DNA of 63,583 nt, the filler included, from Octopus bimaculoides (Eukaryota), in NCBI RefSeq assembly GCF_001194135.2. It is 4 parts of 4 records of this genome, joined end to end, with 100 filler letters (N's around TTAATTAATTAA, not from the genome) between each part and the next. Parts side by side here need not be neighbours in the genome. Positions count along the whole stretch, not along the records: positions 25,620 to 49,950 come from NC_069001.1; positions 50,051 to 62,050 come from NC_068981.1; 2 more parts are not named here. The stretch is one strand, 5' to 3'. The notes under the pieces were generated by a model that was given only the letters and a program-made list of their open reading frames with translations, did no database searches and was not told the DNA's origin. The translations under genes were made by a program, and so were the position numbers. Every line of letters begins with the position of its first letter. The first letter of the stretch is position 1. Below are positions 40,186 to 53,095 of this stretch, piece after piece.

Positions 40186-40793
40186 AAGAAAAAAAATGGT
40201 TTTATTAGGAAATTTATTAAAAACGGTATCAGGCCAAATCTTATGTAATGAAATTAGCCAGTTCACAACCTGTTGTACATTCTTAAAATCAAACAGGCGT
40301 ATCATATAATATTACATATATAGGAGTGCAGGCATGGCTGTGTGGTCGGAAGCTTGCTTGCCAAACACATGGCTCTCTGTCTGGGTTCATTCCCACTGTG
40401 TGGCCCCTTTGACAAGTGACTTCTGGTATAGCGCCAAGCTGACCAAAGCCTTGTGAGGGGATGTAGTGGACAGAAAGTGAAAGAAGCCCATCANNNNNNN
40501 NNNNNNNNNNNNNNNNNNNNNNNNNNNNNNNNNNNNNNNNNNNNNNNNNNNNNNNNNNNNNNNNNNNNNNNNNNNNNNNNNNNNNNNNNNNNNNNNNNNN
40601 NNNNNNNNNNNNNNNNNNNNNNNNNNNNNNNNNNNNNNNNNNNNNNNNNNNNNNNNNNNNNNNNNNNNNNNNNNNNNNNNNNNNNNNNNNNNNNNNNNNN
40701 NNNNNNNNNNNNNNNNNNNNNNNNNNNNNNNNNNNNNNNNNNNNNNNNNNNNNNNNNNNNNNNNNNNNNNNNNNNNNNNNNNNNNNNNNNNNN

Positions 40794-40829
<36 letters not shown>

Positions 40830-40879
40830 AATCCAAACATGAACAAGCAATCAAGACAGAACTGGAAATGCACTGTGGC

Positions 40880-41235
40880 CAGCGGGATATTACAGCATCT
40901 GAGGGTCTGGTCAATACTATGAGATATAAAGGGTAAAGACCCCTCTGAGGCACAAGTCTGGGCAAGGTTGTTTACGGAAGACCAGCAGTTGCCCATGCAT
41001 ATCCAGCCTCCCAATTCCATGCCATCAACATTATCCAGGGAAAGGGGCAAAGGGGCCGATACAGCTTGTGACACCAGTGACATCGCAACTCATTTCTACA
41101 GTTGAGTGAACTGGGGCAACGTGAAATAAAGTGTCTTGCTCAAGAACACAACATGCAGCCCGGTTCAGGATTTGAACTCACCACCTCATGATTGTGAGCC
41201 TGACACTCTAACCACCAAGCCATGCACCTTCACAG
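40880..41235 (-). mobile_element. tRNA-derived SINE (second family)
   Basis: Head GTGCATGGCTTGGTGGTTAGAGTG..GAGTTCAAATCC, CTTGAGCAAGACACTT core. Confidence 0.8.
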
Positions 41236-41443
41236 AAGTTGCCCACAGGGGGTTACGGATATTTGAACACCATACCTCACAAATTCCAAGTAGTGCTCTG
41301 TACCATTAAGCTAAGCAGTTTCAATCCCGAAAGGGTGAAAGGCAAAGTCAACCTCAGCGGAATTTGAACTCAGAATATGAAGACTGACGAATTACTAGTA
41401 AGCATTTTGCGCAGCATGCTAATGATTCTGCCAGCTTACCACC

Positions 41444-41499
<56 letters not shown>

Positions 41500-42304
41500 G
41501 ATTGACGTAACTCTTCACAAAGGTAAATAGTCAAGACGAAGAGCGCGATTCGATTTTCTCTTTTTTTTTTTCCAATCATCATCATTTTTAGTAAACATAG
41601 GGTGTCTTTAATAATAATAATAATAATGACAATAATAATAATGACAATAATAATAATGACAATAATAATAATGATAATAACAATAATAATAGCATCAAAA
41701 ATAATATATACTGACAATAATAATAAAGTTCCTTAATCACCAGAGTTTGGTTTTTACTTGTAAAAAATATTTTTTCTATAAATATTATTATCATTATTAT
41801 AATAATCATTATCATTACTATTAATATTATCATTACCATTATTATTATTATTATTATTATGATTCCCATTATTAATGAAGCAATATTATAATGATAGTAA
41901 TATTTTAAAGGATCAGTTTGTTGAAAAGATAAAAACTAATTATTTTCTCGTAAATCTTGTTTCCATCAGCAGTTTGTCGCATTAAACCCAAATCTTCTAC
42001 AATTTCTCCATAAAACATCAACCATTATCCACACAATCATTCTAATTATAATCATTAATACCATCATCGTCATTCTCAGAGGATGAAGAGAGGGCACTTG
42101 CCCTAGTGGTCAGGGCAACCATGGTTTTGTGAGGCTTCAGCGAGCTGCCCTTGGAAGTCTCCATCTTTTGGAGAATTCTTCATTATTGAAATTTCTATTT
42201 GCTGTTGTTCTTTACACAAACTCCTTTATGCAAGAAATCCCACCTGTCTCACCCTCTACCATTTCCAATGGTTGCTGAAAACCTTTAGGGGTTAATAAAG
42301 AAAG

Positions 42305-42340
<36 letters not shown>

Positions 42341-42679
42341 GGTGGTGAGCTAACAGAACTGTTAGAATGTTAGATGAAGTGCTTCACAGTATTTTGTCCG
42401 TTGCTATGTTCTGAGTTCAAATTCCGCCTAGGTCGACTTTGCCCGTCATTCTTTCAGGGTAGATTAAATAAGTACCAGTTACGCACTGGGGTTGATGTAA
42501 TCGACTTAATCCCATCTCCCAAATTTGAAGCCTTGTGCTTCCAGTAGAAATTATTATTATTATTATTATTATAAGGCAGTGATCCAGCAGAGTTGTTAGT
42601 ATGTCGCACAAAATGCTGCTATTATTACTACTACTACTACTACTACTACTACTGAATGAGAGAGAAATACATGTCATGA

Positions 42680-43230
42680 AAGTGACACTGGGGGTATAAA
42701 TATATGAAGCCCAATATATTCATAAATATATGAAGCCCAATATACCCATCATAGCTACCCATCTGATAAGGGCACACCAGGCATGTGCATGCATCAGAAC
42801 CATATGTGCATGACATGGTGATTTCATATCAAGAGAAACAGCACATGACCTTGCAGGTGGGGCTCAGTTAGAATTTTCTTCAGGTCGAGTAGCCCATCCC
42901 ACTCAAACAGACCCTGAATAAGGTTTGTTTAAGGATGTTGAACAAAACACCCATGTTTCCAAAGGTGAATTATCCGAACCCCAAAGAATTCCTCTCAACA
43001 CATGGCTATGATGCTCCCCAACTACTTCTGCTCATGATCAGAGATGCACATTTCGTCAGCCACCAAGGGACATGCTCAACTGGTTAAGGTCAAACAAACT
43101 GTGATATTGAGCAGAATATTTGCTGTAGGCCATCTTTTATATAAAGACAAAAAAAATGTACATGATAACACTTCCAATCAGTTCAGATCAGAAGCCATGA
43201 AAGCCACTGCCTGGTTCTGCATCAGGGCAT
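42680..43230 (-). mobile_element. Dispersed repeat; second copy at 62151-62475 in opposite orientation
   Basis: Shared ATAATTCACCTTTGGAAA, GGCCCCACCTGCAAGGTCA, GTACCCTTATCAGA segments. Confidence 0.75.
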
Positions 43231-43801
43231 TTATCATCATTATTATTATTAGTTATATGAGTTTAGTAAGCAGTATGTGTTTCTGTTTAATGCAATCAGT
43301 CTTTGTGATGTAGAAACAGTTTCACAATACAAATTTGAAATCCTGAAAAATGGGGTTTGGAGATTAAGTTAATGTGTTTGGTTTATTTGATCAGAAGGGG
43401 ACAGATTTAAACCGAAACTCTATTCCTTTATTCCTAGATTAATGGTATATAATATATTCAATGAATGGAATACACAGAGGAGAAGACTTGAAACCTAACG
43501 ATACAAAAGCAATTAATATAGTCCGTCCTTGGTTACATATGTCTCTTTAATTAATAACACAAATAATTTGAGGGAGAAACATGAAAATAGGGATATTTTA
43601 TAAACATTATTATTGAATGTATAATTGAAATGGGAGCAAGACAATATTCAGCAGTAAAGAGTGATTTTATCTATTATATTTATATGTGATGGGCATGTAC
43701 AATATATATATATATAGACACATACATATATGCTTGTGTGTGTATATACATATATATATATATACAAACACACACAAACCTTATATATACATATGATGTA
43801 T

Positions 43802-43844
<43 letters not shown>

Positions 43845-44457
43845 CATATATATACATACACACAAACATATATATATATATATATATATATACATACACA
43901 AACATTATAGATATATACACAAACATTATATATATATATACATATGATGTATCAACATGTCTCCTGTTTATAGNNNNNNNNNNNNNNNNNNNNNNNNNNN
44001 NNNNNNNNNNNNNNNNNNNNNNNNNNNNNNNNNNNNNNNNNNNNNNNNNNNNNNNNNNNNNNNNNNNNNNNNNNNNNNNNNNNNNNNNNNNNNNNNNNNN
44101 NNNNNNNNNNNNNNNNNNNNNNNNNNNNNNNNNNNNNNNNNNNNNNNNNNNNNNNNNNNNNNNNNNNNNNNNNNNNNNNNNNNNNNNNNNNNNNNNNNNN
44201 NNNNNNNNNNNNNNNNNNNNNNNNNNNNNNNNNNNNNNNNNNNNNNNNNNNNNNNNNNNNNNNNNNNNNNNNNNNNNNNNNNNNNNNNNNNNNNNNNNNN
44301 NNNNNNNNNNNNNNNNNNNNNNNNNNNNNNNNNNNNNNNNNNNNNNNNNNNNNNNNNNNNNNNNNNNNNNNNNNNNNNNNNNNNNNNNNNNTTAGCAAAA
44401 GCATAAAACTCACAGTCCTTGAGTCACTCTGTTGCTTCCGCTAAATATTAAATACAG

Positions 44458-44506
<49 letters not shown>

Positions 44507-44722
44507 TGTATGTATGTATGTATGTATGTATGTATGTATGTATAGGTACAAGCATGGTTGTGTGGGAAGGATTTTGCTTCCCAACCATATGGTTCTGGGT
44601 TCAGTCCCACTGCAAGGTACCTTGGGCAAGTGTCTTCTACTATAGCTTCAGGCTGACCAAAGTCTTGTGAGTGAATTTGGTAGACAGAAACTGAAAGAAA
44701 GCTTGTTGTGTGTGTGTGTGCA

Positions 44723-44756
<34 letters not shown>

Positions 44757-44869
44757 CATGCATCTTTGCGTCTGTGTTATCGTCCCACCACTACTTGACA
44801 ACCAGTGTTGGTTTGTTTGTGTCCCTGTAATATAGTGGGTTCAGCAAAAGAGATCAATATATATGTAAA

Positions 44870-45430
44870 TTACAGAAGTATCGATGATAATTCAAGACCC
44901 TACAAGATCTGGGAATGTAAAGATGTAAAGCCTTCCCTTAGAGAAGCATAGGCCCACAAGGGAAGTAGAAGAGAGGATGCCTGAAAAATATCTAAAGGAA
45001 GGAATACTGAGGCAGAGCTGGGAAAACAGGGATAAGCAGGAAAGATGGCCTTGAGTCAACAACAGTGGAAGAAAGTTGTCAATGGCCTATGTTCTATAGG
45101 AAGTGAAGGGCTTAGTATGGATAGGGCAAAGGATAGAAGCCAAACTAATACAGACCACCTCTTCCCAGAGGTAAAAAGGGGTTTGTGCAGTGCCAACACA
45201 CCTACCTTTGAAAACAATATAAATTGCAGAAGTATCAATGGTAATTCAAGACCTTACAAGATCTGAAAAATTAAGGACTTCCCTTAGAGAAGCATAGGCC
45301 CACAAGGGAAGTGGAAGAGAAGATGCAGGGAAAATATCTGGAGGCAGGTAGGGCTGGGAAAACAGGGATCCAATTTAAGAGTAGTAGAAAAGACAGCCTG
45401 GAGTCAACAAAAGTTGTTGATGGTCTTTAC
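44870..45430 (+). repeat. Diverged tandem duplication (~355-bp offset) resembling RTE-like LINE 3' ends
   Basis: CTTCCCTTAGAGAAGCATAGGCCCACAAGGGAAG identical in both units. Confidence 0.75.
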
Positions 45431-45505
45431 TCAAGAGGGAGCAAAGGGGCTTCAATAAATGAACACATTATATGAGACACAAACATTATTATGTAAGGCA
45501 CAAAG

Positions 45506-45759
45506 GCAATGAGCTGGCAGAATCGTTGTCCCCTCCATGTTTAGCCCCTTGTGGGCAATAAAGAAATAAGAATTGTTAGCACGCCGGGCAAAATGCTTAG
45601 TGGTGTTTCGCTTGCCGCTATATTCTGAGTTTAAATTCCGCCATGGTCGACTTTGCCTTTCATCCTTTTGGGGTTGATGAAATATGTACCAGTTACATAC
45701 TAGGGGCCAATCTAATCAACTAGCACAAAATTTCAGGCCATGTGTCTATAGTAGAAAGG
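45506..45759 (+). mobile_element. SINE with 21-bp TSD, carrying a nested 41-bp SINE tail
   Basis: TSD ATTATTATGTAAGGCACAAAG at 45485-45505 and 45760-45780; inner insert 45528-45568 flanked by AGAATCGTT / AGAATTGTT. Confidence 0.85.
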
Positions 45760-46669
45760 ATTATTATGTAAGGCACAAAGTCTCTCTTGCCTGTGTTTGT
45801 CTTGCTACAAAATAAATTGTTTTGCTGATATTTGGTGCCATAGTAGGGCTACACTTAATTCCTTATATATAATGTAGCGAAATTCCTATGAAACCGACAG
45901 CAAACTGGAATATTCTCTGTGGATTAATGTCGATTTATGGAACAACAATAGGAACAGAATAAATTCTATAGGATGATCAGGAATTTATCTAAGAGATGTG
46001 AAACTACTTGTGTTCAGTGATTTGGAAGAGCAGATTCTTACAGACATTTCCAAATATCCTGGTGATTCCAACTCATTTATAAATGAATGGCAAGTGAGTG
46101 TTTACACATGCACAAATAGATATACACACACATATACACAAACACACACATATACACAAACACACACATATACACAAACACACACATATACACAAACACA
46201 CACATATACACAAACACACACACATATATATATACATATACAGAAAAGTGGGCATTAAAATGATAAAAAGAAATACACACACGGAGATTCATGCATACAG
46301 ACACACACACAAACACACACACAGATACATACATATACACAAATTTCTGGTGTAAACAGCAAGGAAGCTACAGAAGTACTCAATACTGGTTGGGAGCATG
46401 GAATAATGTTTCCACTAGGAATTTCTCGTTCTTCATCCTCAGACCTGAGAATGAGGAATGAGATAATCTGAATAATCTGATAATCCGATAATCCGATAAT
46501 CTGATAATCTATCTGAGATATATATCAGAGCATCAATGTCCATTGTCCATGCTGGCATGGATCGGCCAGTTCAACTAGAGCTAGCAAGCTGGGGAGCTGC
46601 ACCAGACTCCCAGAGCAACGTGAAATGAAGTAGACAGATAAAAGATAAAAGCAATGATGGTGACAGTGG

Positions 46670-46701
<32 letters not shown>

Positions 46702-47025
46702 CAATGACGACAACAATGATGATGATTATGATGATATAAAGACAATGATGACAACAATTAGAAGACTATGATTTAAAAAAAAAGACTGCTCAAAAGCACT
46801 GTGCTCTATGCATCCCAGGGATTGAAACCACAATCTTAAAATTGTGAGTGCAACACACTAATCACTGGACCATATACACACATATACATTCAGATGTACA
46901 TGTATGTATGTTGTTAGCAAATTAATATGATGCAAACACACATATACACACACACATAAGTATGTACCTATGTTGTATTGTATACATATGTTACCGATTG
47001 GCTACAGTTAATACAATTTCATATG

Positions 47026-47060
<35 letters not shown>

Positions 47061-47256
47061 ATGCTACCAATTTTACACACCTAATAAAATGTATTTCATA
47101 TTATACACACACATACACACACAGGAAAGAGAGAAAGTGTGTCTATATGCATATAAATATATATATACATACATATACATATATATACACACACACATAC
47201 ATACATAATTATATGCTACAAATTTGACACACCTAAGATGTATTATACATATAAAA

Positions 47257-47310
<54 letters not shown>

Positions 47311-47359
47311 TTACAAATGTAACATACCTAATAAGATGTATTTCATACACACATACACA

Positions 47360-47419
<60 letters not shown>

Positions 47420-50067
47420 CACACACAGGAGTACTTGTATATAACTATATGTATGTGTGTTACCAATTTAACATAGCTAATAAGATGTATTTTTATCATG
47501 GAATCCATGAAGTAATAGAATTTCGCAGAATATTATTACACCACCATAGTAGAGGATGGAACTGTTCCAAGTTCTAAGCAATGGAAGAGTCCAATTATAG
47601 TAACACTAAAATACAGAAGTATCAATAATGCCATTTTATTGATCTTTTCTCACAAAGCTCATTTTTTTTTTACTTTCTCTATTTTTTGCTAATTTTTTTG
47701 GAGTGGTTTTTTTTTGTGTGTATGTTTTCTTTCTATGCATGTCGCATAAAATGATGAAAACAGAAGTAGCAGACCAAATAACGTTGGTAGCAGACCAAAT
47801 AACGTTGGTAGCAAACAGACCGTGGAAGCAGCTAAGATGTAGGGTACCTATTTACAGCCAGGTGGACAGAGCTAGTGAAAGTTTTGTTTATGAGATCTTG
47901 TGTCTGTGACTGCCTCGTATTACAACTGTTCAAGTTGTAGAAAAAGGGTTGCGCAGTTAAGAAGCTTACTTTGTAACCATGTAGTCTAGTAGTTTTGAGT
48001 TCAATTGTACTGTGTGGTACCTTGGGCAAGTGTCTTCTATTATATCTCCGGACCAACCAGAGACTTGAAGGAATTTGGTAAACAGAGACTGTGTGGAAGC
48101 CAGATAGATAGATAGATAGATAGATGAGTGTGTGTGTGCTTTAATCCAAAATGGAGATGAACACCAATTTCTCTGAGATCAGGTTGAAAAATTGTTAAGA
48201 TATTTTAACATGAAACCAATGGTAGCCTTCATACACAAATAAATAATCTTTATCCACCAATGCTATCTTGAACACTCATAAAAGAATTTCTAGGTGCAGG
48301 CATGGCTGTGTGGTAAGAAGCTTGCTTCTCAACCACATTGTTCTGGGTTCAGTCACACTGCATGGCACCTTGGGCAAGTGTCTTCTGCTATAGCCTCAGG
48401 CCGACCAAAGCCTTGTGAGTGGATTTGGCAGATGGAGACCCGTAACTTAGCAGTTCGGCAAAAAAAACCGACAGGATAAATACTAGGCTTACAAAGAATA
48501 AACCCTGGGGTCGATTTCTTCGACTAAAAGGCGGTGCTCCAGCATGGCCGCAGTCAAATGACAAACAAATAAAAGAGTAAAAGAATCTGCAAACAAGTAA
48601 AATATTTTGCCTTTTATGCAGAGTAATCAGAGTAACCTCCGTAGATTTATTGAATTAGGTGCATATTTTGCCATAAAAGGAAAATGTTGCTATCAATTTA
48701 TTCAAGGTAGGCAATGCCTACCTTGCGTATCTAGGCAGCACGTCCCTAGTATACCTATATATATATATATATATATATATACATGCTTAATCCAGAACCA
48801 TGTGATTGGGAAGTAAACTTCCTACCATACAGCTATACCTGCACCTGTGTGTGTGAGTGTGTGTGTGTGTGTGTGTGTGCATGTGCGTGTGTGTACGTGA
48901 TTTTTGTCTCCTTCGCAACACATCACAGCAGTGATGACAATGAGAGAATGATTGATGATGACAATGGTGGTGACGATGATGGTGGAAGTGGTGGTCATGA
49001 TGATGACAAAGCTGGTGATGATGATGATGGTGGTGGTGGTGGTGGTGAGGGTAGTGGTGATGGTGATGACAGCAGTAATGGTGATGATGGTAGTGATAAT
49101 GATGATGGTGACGACGACGACAGTGGTGATAGTGATGACGGCAGAGGTAGTGGTGGTGGTGGTGGTGATGACAATAATGCTGGCTTTAGGCCATGCATTT
49201 CGTGTGGCATCTTGGAGAGTACAAATGGAATAAAAATAGCTCAACAGAGAAAGAGAGAGAGAGATAGAGAGATAGAGAGTGAGAGAGAGAGAGAGGGGGG
49301 AGAGATAGGGAGAAAGAAAGAGTAAAAGTTGGAGAGTGTGATGTGCTGGAAACTTTCTTGAATTACTATTGGACCGTTAACATTATTATTATTATTGCTG
49401 TTGTCATCATCATCATCATCATCATCCTCATCATCATCATCATTATTATTGTTGTTGCTGTTGTTGTTGATGTGATGGTGTGAAACGTTTGAAGTATTGA
49501 TCCAACTGTGTCATGTTAATGTTAAACAGAAGCACTATTGACATTTTGTTAAATTCATTTGTTTCAACTTTCTCGCAACACATTACCGAACACTCTGCAT
49601 TCTCTCTCTCCCTCTCTCCCTCTCTCTTGCTCGCTCTTCTCATCTCTTCTCTGGTGGTATTTTGGTGGCTGACTCTAAGAACAACAACAACAATAATAAT
49701 AAAAATAATAATAATAATAACAATCACATACATCTTCTCACCAACCTCAAAAAGTGTAGAAGTTTTTATGCTTAATTTTTGGGAGTTTTTTTTGGAGGTT
49801 TTTTTGGAGGTTTTTTTTTTTTAATGTTCAGAAACGGTGAATTTACCATCTTCGTTTTCCAATGTCAATGTTAGCATAATTAACGCAACACATTTCAGAA
49901 GATGTTAGTTTTCTTTTATTATTATTTTGGTTCCTTGTTTGTTTTTTGGGNNNNNNNNNNNNNNNNNNNNNNNNNNNNNNNNNNNNNNNNNNNNTTAATT
50001 AATTAANNNNNNNNNNNNNNNNNNNNNNNNNNNNNNNNNNNNNNNNNNNNTATATATATATATATAT

Positions 50068-50105
<38 letters not shown>

Positions 50106-51085
50106 GTATGTTTGCCATGGACCTGCTGAGAAAGGGGAAATAAATACACACATCCAGAATCTTATCTTACGAGATATAAAACAAACCCCCGACATTGCTA
50201 ACCACCAGATCTTAGTTTCAAATATTTCTTCAATATGAAAAGCCGACATGTTTGCCTTAGCTGCGAAAGTAATTTGTGATTGTTGGAACAAAGTGAATAT
50301 CAAGATTTTTTTCAAACTCTTGTTTTTTCTTAATACCAACCTACAACCGTACAGAGGCATACACAAATACAATATTATATACATATTACCCATATGTGGA
50401 CACGCACAGACACAAATATGTGTGTATGTATATATATATATATATATATATTTGGATTTCTGTTTGTGGCAATGCTTTTAATGTCCATATTCATGTTATA
50501 TACGGCTATGTTCGTTATTATTCATACTCATATATTTCCTTCAGTTTTAAATTAATGTGTTAGTTCGGGTTATATTATCTTTAAAACTAAATACACTCTT
50601 TCATCCCAACCACTCCAAATATTTATATACATACTCTCCGATATGACATTCCATATATGCGTGTATGTGTGTATGTGTGTGTGAGAGAGAGAGAGAGAGA
50701 AGAGTGAGACAATCAGACAGACACAGAGAGAGAGCGAGTGTATGTGTGTTTGTATGCGAGTTTATGTGTGTGTTCTTGTGTACTCGAGTCAAAATATTTA
50801 TATAATTCCTACCCATACAAACGTATATGTATACATATGTATGTGTTATGTATGTATATGTATTCGTATAAATGAAATGCACAGTATCTCAAAATACCAC
50901 CCATATTCCAAAAAATGAATTTTTCGGACATCTGCACTAGAATTTTAGAATTTCAGCAGTAATTTTGGTGACCACACACACGCGTACATAAGCATACACC
51001 TCACACAATCACGCGAACAAATATACATTTACATATATGCATAATTATTTATACATATACATGTGTATGTAAGTGTTTTTATGCC

Positions 51086-51147
<62 letters not shown>

Positions 51148-51619
51148 CTTCTGTATTTGTTTTGCAACATCCCTGATATGAAACTGTGTGTTGAAACAGA
51201 TATTGATATATTTCGGAAGAATCATATTTTTGGCAATTGAATGGACTAAACTGAACAAGAGGAGACACGTGGATCAAAAGAGTCACTGAAAAGTCTACAG
51301 GATATGTATCAAAGGACATTATATAAGAATAATAATGATCCTGAAGTGAAGACCAAGTATATAATGTATGTATTCGAAACTCCGTAGCGCTCCACTAGCA
51401 ACTATTTCTGTCTTGTATGGATAAATAACCAATCTTTCTAGGCTATTTTCTTACCAACCACATGGTTCTGGGTTCAGTTCCAGTGAGTGGATTTGGTATA
51501 TGGAAACTGGAAGCGCGGAGTAGATGAAACGGGGACAACTGAAGTAGGGGTATACTCTTTGTGTTGTATGTCTCATTTCTCTGTGTTTTTTTTTTTCTCA
51601 TTGTGTTTTTTTGGACTGT

Positions 51620-52500
51620 TTTTTTTTTGTCATCATATTGTCTCAAATGTTCATTTAGTCTCTCCGCAATGCTTCTAGATGTCTCACCTATGTATATCAT
51701 GCTCTCGTCTTTACAAGCACCTTCTATGCACCTTATGCTGTAGACTACATTTCTAGTTCTACAGTTAGTGCTAGAGTTAATCTTACAAACCATGCAGTTA
51801 TCATCGGTGCTTGTGGTATTCTCAAAGGAGTACGTCCTACATAGTTGTGATCTGATGGAGCTCACTGGCTTTTCAGCGATCTTAATGTTGAGTTTGGCCT
51901 CCTTCAGAGCTTCCCTAAATCTACAGGCTAGTTCTCCATGGGCTGTGGCCTCTACAAACATCACTCTTTGATATTTGTCGGTCTTGTACCACGTGTTCTT
52001 CCTGTTTGCTTTGTCACAAACACTTTGTATTCTATTCCAATCTTTACTTCTGTATCTAGGACAGGTACCACTGGTTTCATTACATGTAATGCTATCTAAC
52101 TTCTTTCTAGCCCACCGGTATACCCGATCCCTATCTTTTTGATCATATCCAGAGAACTGCCTGCGATGCATGAAGTTCTGTACATGTTTCTTTGTTTTAT
52201 AGGTTTTGCATATTGGGGATACGTTATTCATTATCCTAACTAAGTTTGCTATCAGTATGTTGATTTTCATGTTGTGCGACGGAGCTGAGTTCTTGTGAAC
52301 AACATATTTAGAAGCTATGATTTTCATGTAATAGGTGTGGAGGAGCAGCACTTTGTTGTTCAGTATCAAGGATAGGGAGTCTATTGTTAGGGTGTTAGGG
52401 TGCTTAGTGGAGTAATCTATAGTTAACTTGATATTTGGTGGATGGAGTTAGCTACGCGCTGGATGTTATCCATTATGCTCCTCTCGGTTTCTACATTACA
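51620..52500 (-). mobile_element. Penelope-like element fragment (RT C-terminus, Cys linker, GIY-YIG endonuclease)
   Basis: NNRLPILD (shifted frame), YMKIIASKYVVHKNSA, QFSGY, CMVC, NVVYSIRC...YIGETSRSIAERLNEH. Confidence 0.88.
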
Positions 52501-52564
52501 GTTACAAGAATTATACCTACCTATATATATATATCTATATATATATTATTTTATTTATGCGCCC

Positions 52565-52857
52565 TTTACAAGCCAAGCCAGGCTCATGAGCCCGGTTTCC
52601 CAGTTTCTATGGCGTATGTGTTCCCCCCAGCTGGACGGGACGCCAGTCCATCGCAGCGTTACTCAAGAAACAGGAAGAAAGAGTGAGAGAAAGTTGGGGC
52701 GAAAGAGTACAAAAGGGGTCGCCACCACCCCCTGCCGGTGCCTCAAAGAGCTTTAGGTGTTTTCGCTCAATAAACACACACAACGCTCAGTCTGGGAATC
52801 GAAACCACGATCCTCCGACCGCTAGTCCGCCGCCCTAACCACTGGGCCATTGCGCCT

Positions 52858-52860
<3 letters not shown>
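52565..52860 (-). mobile_element. tRNA-derived SINE (third family)
   Basis: Head TGGAGGCGCAATGGCCCAGTGGTTAGGGCGGCGGACT..GGTTTCGATTCCC. Confidence 0.85.
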
Positions 52861-52895
<35 letters not shown>

Positions 52896-53060
52896 GTATA
52901 TATATATACACATACACTAACACACAAGCTGAACCCTTCATTCAAGATCCACATAGACTTATATGTACGTCAGTATCCATGCATGTATGTGCGTCCGTAC
53001 CTGTTTATGTTAGTATGCGTGTATGTTTGCATGTGTATACATAAATACATACGTATGTAA

Positions 53061-53091
<31 letters not shown>

Positions 53092-53095
<4 letters not shown>

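Noticed and set aside
46330-46425. Minus-strand open frame SEDEEREIPSGNIIPCSQPV after a good acceptor
   Set aside because: No convincing donor and no partner exon.
47764-47810. 21-bp direct duplication GTAGCAGACCAAATAACGTTG
   Set aside because: Two copies without spacers; ordinary slippage, not a CRISPR-like array.
52385-52402. TTAGGG-like repeats next to the Penelope fragment
   Set aside because: An 8-bp microduplication (CACCCTAA) inside RT coding sequence, not a telomere junction.
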